Notes: generated by a model not told the origin, from the letters alone. DNA of 64,000 nt from a virus (IMGVR_UViG_3300014204_000120:73850-137849); one strand, 5' to 3'; positions 20,140 to 29,257 are shown, counted from the first letter of the stretch. Translations and numbers: made by a program.

Positions 20140-20850
20140 ATGGACTATAAAAATTTTATAGATTGTAAAAATTTATATCAATTAGATTATTATGGAGAAA
20201 CTATAAGAGTTTTTAAAGGGCTAAAGCTTTATGAACAAGGATGTCCAAATTTAAGTGTTATAAGTGAATCTTCATTAAGTCATATATTAGATTTAATGCA
20301 AAAACAGACATTTGCTATAATTTCCGCGCATTTAGCAATGTTTGATCGTAAAGAAAACATTTTAAGAAATAGAAAATTAAGAGCTATATTTAATAATGCT
20401 AAAATGGGAGTTCATTCATTAATAGGGCATTGGAGAGAATGTCAGTTAAAAGGTACAGATAACAATCCAATTAAATATCAAGATTGTCCTGAAAATAAAT
20501 TAGTTGATGTGATTGAAAGAAGTTATTTAGTTATTAAACCAAATAATATGATTTATGATGATTTTGAAAATCTTATTCGTGACGCTATGACTATCGACGG
20601 AGAAGTACAAAACGGAGTAATTATTAAAAATGCAAAAGGCGATTATGTTGTAATGGATAAACAAGGAGTTAAATTTAAAATTGGAAATAATATTAAACTT
20701 AATAAAATAGCTCAAGCATATTCACAACACATTAAAAAACAAAATGTTCCTTTTATGTTTGAAGGTTTAGAAGTACCAAATGGGTCTATAATGTCATATC
20801 AAATATGGAACAATAAAGAACAAAATTTTAGATATGATAAGGTGGATTAA
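20140..20850 (+). CDS. ES.LSR-family paralog 3
   Basis: ESSLSH, AIISA, ENILRNRKL; ATG 20140 has RBS gagga (track start 20107 lies inside the upstream gene). Confidence 0.55.
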   Translation: MDYKNFIDCKNLYQLDYYGETIRVFKGLKLYEQGCPNLSVISESSLSHILDLMQKQTFAIISAHLAMFDRKENILRNRKLRAIFNNAKMGVHSLIGHWRECQLKGTDNNPIKYQDCPENKLVDVIERSYLVIKPNNMIYDDFENLIRDAMTIDGEVQNGVIIKNAKGDYVVMDKQGVKFKIGNNIKLNKIAQAYSQHIKKQNVPFMFEGLEVPNGSIMSYQIWNNKEQNFRYDKVD

Positions 20851-20853
20851 ATT

Positions 20854-21555
20854 ATGAGTTTTAAACAATATATAAAGAATAAAAATGAGCAACTAATAAT
20901 AGAGTCTGGGTTTTCTAGATTGGCTCAAATTATTACCGGATTAGTACCAAGTGTTAAAACTTTTGCTTTTGTAACATGGGAAAATCCAATGAATCAAGAA
21001 TTAAACAAAAAAGAAAACGAAGATAGAAATAATCGGTTAAAAAGTCAATTAAGAAGTGGAGCATATGGTTTTATTCAAATACATGGTAAATATGATTATT
21101 TAGAAAATCCATATTTTATTTTAAATATAACTGAAAAAAATGCTATTGAATTAGGCAAAGAAGGAAAACAAGAATCTGTTATCTTTGGCTTTGGAGAAGT
21201 TAAAGATAAATTTAATATTACTTTTAAAATGATATATTGTTTTACCGATCAAATACTTGTTAGGAGAGTGCGGCGAACTCGTGAAGAAAACAATTATTAT
21301 TCAGAATATAAAGGTGGAAAATTTCAAATACCATTTTTTGATGATCACTTTAAAACAGCTAAGTTTGATAAAGGTAAAATAGTTAAAGATTCATATAATA
21401 TATTTTATCAAAAAGACTTTCCAGAAGAAATTATTAATGAAGTAGAAAAGCGTGTATCAGATAGATATGATGAAAAATTGATTGGAAAACATCACTGGCT
21501 TATGCGCGGTATATCTTTTGAAATGCTTAAAGAATATCTACAAAACAAATCTTGA
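20854..21555 (+). CDS. ES.LSR-family paralog 4
   Basis: ESGFSR, FVTWENP, ENEDRN.RL, G.QESVIF. Confidence 0.6.
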   Translation: MSFKQYIKNKNEQLIIESGFSRLAQIITGLVPSVKTFAFVTWENPMNQELNKKENEDRNNRLKSQLRSGAYGFIQIHGKYDYLENPYFILNITEKNAIELGKEGKQESVIFGFGEVKDKFNITFKMIYCFTDQILVRRVRRTREENNYYSEYKGGKFQIPFFDDHFKTAKFDKGKIVKDSYNIFYQKDFPEEIINEVEKRVSDRYDEKLIGKHHWLMRGISFEMLKEYLQNKS

Positions 21556-21580
21556 CAATATTTTTGGAAGATATTATATT
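21552..21580 (+). promoter_or_regulatory. Sigma70-type promoter
   Basis: TTGACA(21552)-N17-TATATT(21575). Confidence 0.7.
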
Positions 21581-21612
21581 TGTAATACACATCATACAGA
21601 AAGGATGTTTAA

Positions 21613-21879
21613 ATGTATTCAGTCTATTCACTTAGAAAGAATGGTTATCGTGTATGGGTTCAGCACATTCGACCTGTTATAACAATTCAAGATGATAATA
21701 ATAATTTTCGGGATGAAGTACTTTCTCGTGGTGGAGAAACTAAGGTTGAAGTTAGAGTTAGGGATACAGACGCTTTGATTGGTGTAGGTACAGCTCGTTG
21801 TAGTTTAAAAGATAATTATAATAAGAAATTGGGCGTTCAAATTGCTTTAGGTAGAGCATTATGTGGTAAACTAAGTTAA
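21613..21879 (+). CDS. Conserved phage hypothetical protein
   Basis: GG.T...ARCS.KD.YNKK.G..IALGRA. Confidence 0.6.
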   Translation: MYSVYSLRKNGYRVWVQHIRPVITIQDDNNNFRDEVLSRGGETKVEVRVRDTDALIGVGTARCSLKDNYNKKLGVQIALGRALCGKLS

Positions 21880-21890
21880 AAAGGAGTTAT

Positions 21891-23003
21891 TTGATGTCTT
21901 TATCATATGATGAAATGAAGTTGAAGTTAATTCAGGCGTGTGATTCTTATTATAATAAATCATTTTCTTTTATAACAGATAAAGAATTTGATGACCTTAA
22001 AGATGCGTTTAAAGAACAATATCCAGATGATCCGTTTTTAAAAACCATTGGTGCTCCTGTTCCTGAAGCTTCTGATTGGTCTAAAGTAAAACATAGTATT
22101 CCTATGTGTTCGTGTAATAAGGTTAAAACTGTTGATGAATTTATAGATTGGTGTGCTTCTAATCGTTTTGATGCAGATACAGCTTTAATTACATCAGAAA
22201 AGTTAGATGGAATGTCTTTATCAATAGATTATATTAATGGTAAATTAGTTAATGGTATTACTCGTGGAGATGGTTTTATTGGTGAAGCAATTACACAAAA
22301 TGTAATTAAAATGCAAAATGTTAAAGTTAATCTTGATAATAAGTATACTGGGAGTCTGCGTGGTGAAGTTCTATTAAATAAAAATGATTTTAAGGCTGTT
22401 AATTTAATATGTGAAGCTCGTGGTGAAAAAGGATTTCAGAACATACGTAATGGAGCTTCTGGTATAGCTAAAAGATATGACTCTAAGTATTCAGAATATC
22501 TATATGTAAGATATTATTATGCTTCTGGTGATTTTAAAACCAAATCAGAAATGTATCAATTTATTGAATCATTAGGTTTAAAAACATGTAAACATTTTTC
22601 TGGAAACTTTGAAACATCTAAAATAGTTTATAATGAATACGAACAATCTATTAGAGCAGGATTGGATCATGCCATTGATGGATTAGTTATAGAACCAGAT
22701 AATATTGAAACGCTTAATGATTTAGGTATGCTTAATGAGAATTTGAGAGGTCAAATTGCTTGGAAGTTTACTAGTGAAACAGCAATGACTAAGATTAAGG
22801 ATATTGTCTGGCAGTTGGGTAACAGTTCGCGTATCACTCCTGTTGCAATTTTAGAGACAGTAGAATTAAATGGAGTTAATATTAGTCGTGCAACAATGCA
22901 TAATTTAGATATATTTGAAAAGTTAAAGCCGTATAAAGGGGCTACTTGTTTAATATCAAGACGTGGTGATGTAATTCCTTTTATTGAAAAAGTTTATCCT
23001 TAA
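21891..23003 (+). CDS. ligA: NAD-dependent DNA ligase, N-terminal half (domain Ia, adenylation, OB fold)
   Basis: YY...ITDKEFD, H.IPM.S, SEKLDG (KxDG), TRGDG..GE.IT, RGE, DGLV, AWKF, RATMHN, RRGDVIP, then stop. Confidence 0.9.
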   Translation: MMSLSYDEMKLKLIQACDSYYNKSFSFITDKEFDDLKDAFKEQYPDDPFLKTIGAPVPEASDWSKVKHSIPMCSCNKVKTVDEFIDWCASNRFDADTALITSEKLDGMSLSIDYINGKLVNGITRGDGFIGEAITQNVIKMQNVKVNLDNKYTGSLRGEVLLNKNDFKAVNLICEARGEKGFQNIRNGASGIAKRYDSKYSEYLYVRYYYASGDFKTKSEMYQFIESLGLKTCKHFSGNFETSKIVYNEYEQSIRAGLDHAIDGLVIEPDNIETLNDLGMLNENLRGQIAWKFTSETAMTKIKDIVWQLGNSSRITPVAILETVELNGVNISRATMHNLDIFEKLKPYKGATCLISRRGDVIPFIEKVYP

Positions 23004-23020
23004 CATTTTAATAAGGAGTT

Positions 23021-23476
23021 TTGATGCATTATAGAACTGTTAAAAGTATAGTTGAGAATGAGATAGATATGGCTTCTGAGTTTACATTATGTGGTATTAT
23101 TATAGATGAGGATAGTTTTGAGGGGTTTTTAGAAAATGTTAAAGCTGAAATATTAGAAGAAATTCATGAGAAGTATGCATTTATTTCAACTAATAATATT
23201 TTATGTCATCCAGATGGTTTTGTATTGTTTGGTAGATTTATAAATGATTTGGATGAAAATAAAACTATTGCGCAGTCTAAGTCTGAAATGATGGATGATT
23301 TTTTAAAGTACGGATTATTTAATAACAACTTACAAGTTGTGAGTAAAGGAGTTGTTTTTTTATCAGGTATATTAGTGGATAATGATGATATTGAAGATGC
23401 AGAAGTAACTGAACAAAATGAATCACAAGTTAAAGGTATTGAAGAAGCAATTAAAAAAGAAAGAAGTGAATTATGA
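23021..23476 (+). CDS. Acidic hypothetical protein
   Basis: RBS aaggag; stop overlaps the next start. Confidence 0.6.
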   Translation: MMHYRTVKSIVENEIDMASEFTLCGIIIDEDSFEGFLENVKAEILEEIHEKYAFISTNNILCHPDGFVLFGRFINDLDENKTIAQSKSEMMDDFLKYGLFNNNLQVVSKGVVFLSGILVDNDDIEDAEVTEQNESQVKGIEEAIKKERSEL

Positions 23477-24024
23477 AGATTAGAAATGGATTTGTAAGTA
23501 ACAGTTCTTCAAGTTCATTTATTGTTTATTTTGAAAAGCTTCCTGAAAATGTAGATGAACTTAAAAAAATGTTGTTTGGCGATAGAAAAGAATATCATTC
23601 ACCATATAGCGAAGGTTTTTGGTCAACAGATCAAATAGCTGAAATTGTATGGAATGATATGCAAGAAAATAAAAATGCTACTGTTAAAGAAATTGTAGAA
23701 GATATTAAATCAGGTCATCCAGTAAATGATCCTATAGTTGAATCTATTATAGGTCAATATAATAAAATGCCGGATTACTTTAGTTATAAAAAACCAGGAA
23801 CAGATGAAAAGACACCTTGGAATGAAAGATATGATAATGATACTTATGAAAAAGCATTAGATGAATATTTAAAACCTTATATAAACATGATTGATAAAGC
23901 TGCAGTTAAAGAAAAAAGAGCATTTAGATTTGAATATAGTGATAATGATGGCGAATTATATTCTGCAATGGAACACGGTAATTTGTTTGATAAAGTTAAA
24001 CATCAAAAAATTTCACATCATTGA
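23473..24024 (+). CDS. GFVSNSSSSS-motif protein 1
   Basis: MKIRNGFVSNSSSSSFIV. Confidence 0.8.
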   Translation: MKIRNGFVSNSSSSSFIVYFEKLPENVDELKKMLFGDRKEYHSPYSEGFWSTDQIAEIVWNDMQENKNATVKEIVEDIKSGHPVNDPIVESIIGQYNKMPDYFSYKKPGTDEKTPWNERYDNDTYEKALDEYLKPYINMIDKAAVKEKRAFRFEYSDNDGELYSAMEHGNLFDKVKHQKISHH

Positions 24025-24036
24025 AAGAAAAAAGTA

Positions 24037-25098
24037 ATGATTAAAAAGTATCGCTCACCAGAATATAACTATAACTTTAATACGGAAACAGGCTTCTTTG
24101 TTAGATGGGGTAAAACATTAGAAGAAGATCCTCGTTTTTCCCCGTTCGGTCCTGAAATATTAGATCTAGAAATTAGTATTAATGGGTGTCCAAACAAATG
24201 CCCAATGTGTTATAAAGATAATACTAATAAACTTCCTACTAATATGTCATTTGAAACATTTAAATTAATATTAGATAAAATGCCTGATACATTAACTCAA
24301 ATAGCTTTTGGAATTACTGGTATTCAAACAAATCCAGATTTTATTAAAATGTTAAAATATACTAAAGAAAAAGGAATTATACCTAATTTTACATTGTCAG
24401 GAATCGATTTAACAGATGAAATAGCTAAAGAAGTAGTTAATTATATTGGAGCTTGTGCTGTGTCAGCTTATGAAAGTAATAAAAATATATGTTATAATAC
24501 AGTTAAGAAATTTACGGATTTGGGTATTAAACAAACAAACATTCATTTATTCACATCAAAAGAATCTAAAGATTTTGTATACGAAGTATTAAATGATACA
24601 TTAATAGATGAAAGATTAAAAAATCTTAATGCTGTTGTTTTGTTAAAATGTAAACCTAAGGGTAGAGCTGCTAATAATTTTCATGTATTAACTACAAATG
24701 AATATAATGATTTGGTTAATTTTTGTTTGAAAAATAATATTAGATATGGATTTGATTCTTGCTCAACCCCAGATTTTGAAAATGCTATTGCGATTAATAA
24801 AGAGATGTCATTAAAACAGAAGTCTGATTTATTAATGATGTCAGAAAGTTGTGAGAGTTTTGGGTTGTTTTCATCGTATATAGATGTTTATGGAAATTAT
24901 TATCCGTGTAGTTTTGCTACAGGTGAAGGTGAATGGATAGAAGGATTGTCTGTTATAAATTGTAATAACTTTTTAAAAGATATATGGTTTAATGAAAAAG
25001 TTAATAAATATAGAAATATATCATTAAATACTTGTTATAAAAGCGGTTGTAGAAAATGTTTAATATTTGATATTAATCCTAAAGATTATGAAATTTAA
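24037..25098 (+). CDS. Radical SAM enzyme with C-terminal SPASM/twitch-like cysteines
   Basis: PEILDLEIS..CPNKCPMCY; TQIAFG; CES..FSSYIDVYG.YYPCSF; C....CRKC. Confidence 0.9.
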   Translation: MIKKYRSPEYNYNFNTETGFFVRWGKTLEEDPRFSPFGPEILDLEISINGCPNKCPMCYKDNTNKLPTNMSFETFKLILDKMPDTLTQIAFGITGIQTNPDFIKMLKYTKEKGIIPNFTLSGIDLTDEIAKEVVNYIGACAVSAYESNKNICYNTVKKFTDLGIKQTNIHLFTSKESKDFVYEVLNDTLIDERLKNLNAVVLLKCKPKGRAANNFHVLTTNEYNDLVNFCLKNNIRYGFDSCSTPDFENAIAINKEMSLKQKSDLLMMSESCESFGLFSSYIDVYGNYYPCSFATGEGEWIEGLSVINCNNFLKDIWFNEKVNKYRNISLNTCYKSGCRKCLIFDINPKDYEI

Positions 25099-25106
25099 GG
25101 AACAAT

Positions 25107-25319
25107 ATGAAATCGTCTGAGTTATTTGATAAAGCTTCAAAGATTATTCAAATGAAGATAGATTCAATTACTCTTAGTAATCAGGCTATAGTTGATGCTC
25201 AAACATTAAAACAAGAAGTTGAAAGTAATAAAAATTATTATTTAGAATTCATGGAAGCTAAAGATCTTAATGAAGTTTTAACTGGGCTTAATCACGTTAT
25301 ACCAAAGGGGTCATTATGA
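25107..25319 (+). CDS. Small helical hypothetical protein
   Basis: RBS aagga; coupled to the next gene. Confidence 0.55.
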   Translation: MKSSELFDKASKIIQMKIDSITLSNQAIVDAQTLKQEVESNKNYYLEFMEAKDLNEVLTGLNHVIPKGSL

Positions 25320-25621
25320 AGATTAGAAAAGGATTTGTAAGTAATAGTTCTAGTTCCAGTTTTATTATAATGCAGAAAAGAATGGATTTATCACAAACTG
25401 AATTAGATAAACGTAATAAAAAAATATTATTGGATTATGGTATAGATAAAAGTGATATTAAAGATACTTTAAAAGAATATGAAAAAAATCAACTTATACT
25501 AATTTATACTTCAGTAGATCAAAATGCTTTTTCAGGTGAAGGAGAGTCTCCTGATTCAATTATATATAAGTTAATGGAAAAATTAAACATTAAGGATATT
25601 ACAATAAAAATAGAAGATTAG
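25316..25621 (+). CDS. GFVSNSSSSS-motif protein 2
   Basis: MKIRKGFVSNSSSSSFII. Confidence 0.8.
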   Translation: MKIRKGFVSNSSSSSFIIMQKRMDLSQTELDKRNKKILLDYGIDKSDIKDTLKEYEKNQLILIYTSVDQNAFSGEGESPDSIIYKLMEKLNIKDITIKIED

Positions 25622-25629
25622 GAGAAAAT

Positions 25630-26139
25630 ATGAAAATTAGAAAAGGATTTGTTAGTAATTCAAGTAGTTCATCTTATATTATTACATTAGATAAGAATAA
25701 AGCAGATTTTTTAGCAGATATGGTTACAGCTTATGAATATGGAGCATTTAATGTAAACTATATTGTTGAAAATATAAAAAAGACAATTAAGGAATGCGAA
25801 GAACCAGATCAAGTAAGTATTTCTTTTATGGCAGAACATATGCAAAATCGTATTAATGATTTAAAGTTATTGTTAGAAAAAATATACGATTTAACTAAAA
25901 TTGAAGACGAAGATAAGAATAGTAGATATTATGTGTGTAATACTTCGGTTATAGAATTGTTATTAAACGAATATTATAATGTGAAAATTGAAGAATTAAC
26001 TAAGATTATTAATGTTTCTGGTTGGACCCCTATGCATAATAGTTATAATGATATGCCAGAAATATTGAAGGATATTATTATTTGGTATACATTTGAAGAT
26101 CCTAAGGTTATTTTAAAAACTAAACAAATAGAAGAATAA
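25630..26139 (+). CDS. GFVSNSSSSS-motif protein 3
   Basis: MKIRKGFVSNSSSSSYII. Confidence 0.8.
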   Translation: MKIRKGFVSNSSSSSYIITLDKNKADFLADMVTAYEYGAFNVNYIVENIKKTIKECEEPDQVSISFMAEHMQNRINDLKLLLEKIYDLTKIEDEDKNSRYYVCNTSVIELLLNEYYNVKIEELTKIINVSGWTPMHNSYNDMPEILKDIIIWYTFEDPKVILKTKQIEE

Positions 26140-26148
26140 GGAGAAAAT

Positions 26149-26496
26149 ATGAAAATTAGAAATGGGTTTGTAAGTAATAGTAGTTCTAGTTCTTTTATTG
26201 TTGCTGTAAAAAAGAATACTAAAGTAAAATTTACTGGTGAAATTGATTTAAAATCGTTAGCAGACTATGTTTGTGAAGATGAAGACGATTTAATAAAAGC
26301 ACTTGCAGAGATAGATAATGATGATAAAAAGTTGTTTACTAAATGTTTGAAATTGATTGAAGAAGGTAATACAATTTTATTTGGTTCATTTGATGATCAA
26401 TCCGGTGATACTATAGAAGGAGCTATATGTGAGTGTGGTATAGATAGAAAAAATAATCCACATGTAACAGTTATTGAAAACGAAGCAGGATACTAA
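26149..26496 (+). CDS. GFVSNSSSSS-motif protein 4
   Basis: MKIRNGFVSNSSSSSFIV. Confidence 0.8.
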   Translation: MKIRNGFVSNSSSSSFIVAVKKNTKVKFTGEIDLKSLADYVCEDEDDLIKALAEIDNDDKKLFTKCLKLIEEGNTILFGSFDDQSGDTIEGAICECGIDRKNNPHVTVIENEAGY

Positions 26497-26505
26497 GGAG
26501 GAAGT

Positions 26506-26904
26506 ATGAAAGTTCGTTTAGGATTTGTAAGTAATAGCAGCTCCAGTTCGTTTGTATTAGTTGCAGATAAAAAGGATTTTGATGAAGCAATAGTAAAATT
26601 ACATCCATCAATACAACATGTAATTGGTAGAACTAAAACTGTAAATTTTAATGGTAAAGATATTATATGCATTTTAGATCATGAATCAACAGAAGATGTT
26701 TGTTTTCAGGATATTTTTGAAGATTATGAAAGTCATAAATTTATAAATCATGAAGGAAAAGAAGTTGTATTAACTGAAGAAGAAATGGACGATTGGGATA
26801 CTATTGAAGGTATAGTATATATGCGTGAAAGCGCTTTGAGAATTTTAAGTGATAAAATTAAAAAAATGAAAAAAGATTGTGTTTTTGAAAGTCTTTCTTG
26901 TTAA
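26506..26904 (+). CDS. GFVSNSSSSS-motif protein 5
   Basis: MKVRLGFVSNSSSSSFVL. Confidence 0.8.
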   Translation: MKVRLGFVSNSSSSSFVLVADKKDFDEAIVKLHPSIQHVIGRTKTVNFNGKDIICILDHESTEDVCFQDIFEDYESHKFINHEGKEVVLTEEEMDDWDTIEGIVYMRESALRILSDKIKKMKKDCVFESLSC

Positions 26905-26915
26905 TTGAGAATATT

Positions 26916-27359
26916 ATGAAGATCAGAAAAGGATTTGTAAGTAATAGTTCAACTAGTTCATTTTTAATATATGGAATTGCAATTGATAGTGAAGATAGAG
27001 ATGTTATACTTATAAATGAAATTAAAAAACTGAAAACAATTGAAGAATTTAAATCAGTTTATAAGTATACAGATGAAGAAATATACAATATAATTCACCA
27101 AGAAAATCAAACTGTTGATCAAATTATTGAAAAACTTACTGAAGAATATGAAGATGATTGGGAAGATCTAAAATCTGATAGTAGTGATTTATTTTTTGGT
27201 ACTTCTGATGTAGGTTATTATATTGGAAAATCACCACAGAGTGCGCCAAATGATATAACTTTTGCTGATTGGAAAAAACAAATTGAAGAAGAAACCAGTG
27301 AACTTTTAGGTAAAAAAGTTAAATGTAGTTGGATTGAAGAGGCATGGTCTGATGGATAA
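26916..27359 (+). CDS. GFVSNSSSSS-motif protein 6
   Basis: MKIRKGFVSNSSTSSFLI from ATG 26916 (track start 26898 adds 6 residues). Confidence 0.8.
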   Translation: MKIRKGFVSNSSTSSFLIYGIAIDSEDRDVILINEIKKLKTIEEFKSVYKYTDEEIYNIIHQENQTVDQIIEKLTEEYEDDWEDLKSDSSDLFFGTSDVGYYIGKSPQSAPNDITFADWKKQIEEETSELLGKKVKCSWIEEAWSDG

Positions 27360-27582
27360 TAAAAAAATCAAACAAGTATTAGTTGATGGTAGAGGTTTTA
27401 TTTATGCTGAAGGTGATATATCTTCTGGTATATCTCCTTGTAAGTTAGAGTGGTTTGAAGTTAATGGCGAAATGGCTATTGTTAAATGGATAAAAGCTAC
27501 TTATCCTGATGGAACTGTAAAAGAATTTAATGGAAAATATATAATTGAAGTTGAATACTATCCATTGAAAGCGAAGGAGTAA
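27352..27582 (+). CDS. Hypothetical protein
   Basis: ATG 27352 within track ORF 27334; GEMA.V.W. Confidence 0.5.
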   Translation: MDNKKIKQVLVDGRGFIYAEGDISSGISPCKLEWFEVNGEMAIVKWIKATYPDGTVKEFNGKYIIEVEYYPLKAKE

Positions 27583-27585
27583 TAG

Positions 27586-28386
27586 ATGAATAAGGAATAT
27601 TTCACTCCACCATTGAATTGCCCTGTATGTAATTGTGAAACTAAACGAGATGGAGTTTATTTAATTTGTCCTAATCCTGAATGTTCTGGTGGAAAAATCG
27701 GGGATTTGATTAAATGGATTAAAAAGCTTGATTTAAAAGGCGTTGCAGAAGCTACCTTAGAAAAACTATATAACGCTGAATTAGTGGCAACCCCAGCAGA
27801 CCTTTATAAATTAAAACCAGAATTAATTGAAAACTTAGAAGGTTTTGGTTCCAGTTCAGCTAATAAGATTGTTGAAACATTAAATGAAAAGAAAGATATA
27901 TCGTTTGGTGAGTTTATAGGTGGATTGAATATACCTAATGTTAGTCAAAAAACAGCCGAATTGTTAGAACGTAATGGATATGATACCATAAATAAACTAT
28001 TAGAATCAAAGTCTATTGATTTATCTAATATTAAAGGTATTGGTGAAACTACGGCAAATGATATAATTAATGGCATTTCAAAGAAGAAAGATGTTATATT
28101 ACAATTATTGAATGTTGGTATTAAGATAAAGGAGAAAGTTAAAATGACAAAGTCACATCCATTGACAGGGAAAAAGGTAGTTTTTACTGGTGCTTTGAAT
28201 ATTAAAAGAAACGAAGCACAGAAAATGGTAATGGAAGTTGGTGGAGAGTGCCCGTCGTCTTTAAGTAAGGATACTGATTTTCTTGTTATGGCAGATCCAA
28301 ATTCTGGTTCTTCTAAGGCTGTTAAGGCACAATCATATGGAACAAAAGTTCTTAGTGAAGATCAATTTATGGAATTGTTTGAATGA
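27586..28386 (+). CDS. ligA: NAD-dependent DNA ligase, C-terminal half (Zn finger, HhH, BRCT)
   Basis: FTPPLNCPVC...LICPNPEC; LDLKGVAE; ADLYKL; LEGFG; IKGIGE; GKKVVFTG...R.EA...GG...SLSKDTDFLV...SSK..KA; own RBS aaggag. Confidence 0.9.
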   Translation: MNKEYFTPPLNCPVCNCETKRDGVYLICPNPECSGGKIGDLIKWIKKLDLKGVAEATLEKLYNAELVATPADLYKLKPELIENLEGFGSSSANKIVETLNEKKDISFGEFIGGLNIPNVSQKTAELLERNGYDTINKLLESKSIDLSNIKGIGETTANDIINGISKKKDVILQLLNVGIKIKEKVKMTKSHPLTGKKVVFTGALNIKRNEAQKMVMEVGGECPSSLSKDTDFLVMADPNSGSSKAVKAQSYGTKVLSEDQFMELFE

Positions 28387-28688
28387 ATAGATTAGAATCC
28401 GTAGATCAAATACCAAATTTAGGTATTGTTGTTATCTTAGTACAAGTTGAGTCTAGAACTCCTTGTAAAAAATTTTTAAATGAAATGAACGCTTGTATTA
28501 GTGAATTATTAAAAGATGTTAATGCGACTTATTATACTTTAGAATTAACTAATGTCATAAAAGAATCATTAGGAGTACATTATATACCAACAGTTATAGT
28601 TTATAAGGATGGAAAAGAAACTAAAAGGTTTAATGGTCATTATTGGAGTAAATTTCAAATTGCTGGATATATTCGGGAAGGATTATGA
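28383..28688 (+). CDS. Thioredoxin-fold protein lacking the first Cys of CxxC
   Basis: RTPCK; GV..IPTVIVYKDGKE..RF.G. Confidence 0.6.
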   Translation: MNRLESVDQIPNLGIVVILVQVESRTPCKKFLNEMNACISELLKDVNATYYTLELTNVIKESLGVHYIPTVIVYKDGKETKRFNGHYWSKFQIAGYIREGL

Positions 28689-29257
28689 AAAAAAAGAAGG
28701 ATATAAAGAAAGATATAGAAAAGGATATAGATAGTTCTGAAATATTTTCAACTGTTAAAGAAATGTTTAGTTCTATAACAGAAAGATTAAAAAATAGACC
28801 TTGGTATCAAAAGATCTGGGATTATATTTATTATAGAATTATTGTTAAGATATGGGATATAATTAATCCTGTATATAATTGGCGTAGGTTAAGATTTTTA
28901 TGGCAAAGAATTACAAGAGGATTTGATGATTCTGATACTTGGAGTTTAGATGATACTATAGCTAAGTTTATTTTACCTAGACTTAAAAGATTTCGTGAAC
29001 TTGAATTAAAAGGATTTCCTGGTAATATATCTAAATTAACATGGGAAGAAGAAAGTAAGTTAAGTAAAGAAGCATCTGAAGCACATTGGGAACAAATGGA
29101 GAAGGATTGGAACGAAATAATAGATAAAATGATTTTAGCATTTGAAACTATAGTAAAAGATGATTGGAAAGATATTAATGATATGCAGAACCAAGAAAAA
29201 ATTATAAATGAAGGATTGAGTTTATTTGCTCAATACCTTAGAGGATTATGGTGGTAA
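28685..29257 (+). CDS. Conserved phage hypothetical protein
   Basis: DTWSLD.TIA.FILPRL..F ... W..I.DKMI.AF ... EGL.LF..Y...LW. Confidence 0.65.
   Translation: MKKKKDIKKDIEKDIDSSEIFSTVKEMFSSITERLKNRPWYQKIWDYIYYRIIVKIWDIINPVYNWRRLRFLWQRITRGFDDSDTWSLDDTIAKFILPRLKRFRELELKGFPGNISKLTWEEESKLSKEASEAHWEQMEKDWNEIIDKMILAFETIVKDDWKDINDMQNQEKIINEGLSLFAQYLRGLWW

Noticed and set aside
23004-27585. Intron or split intein joining the ligA halves
   Set aside because: No group I/II core elements, no Cys/Ser...His-Asn intein ends, and the C-half has its own RBS and ATG
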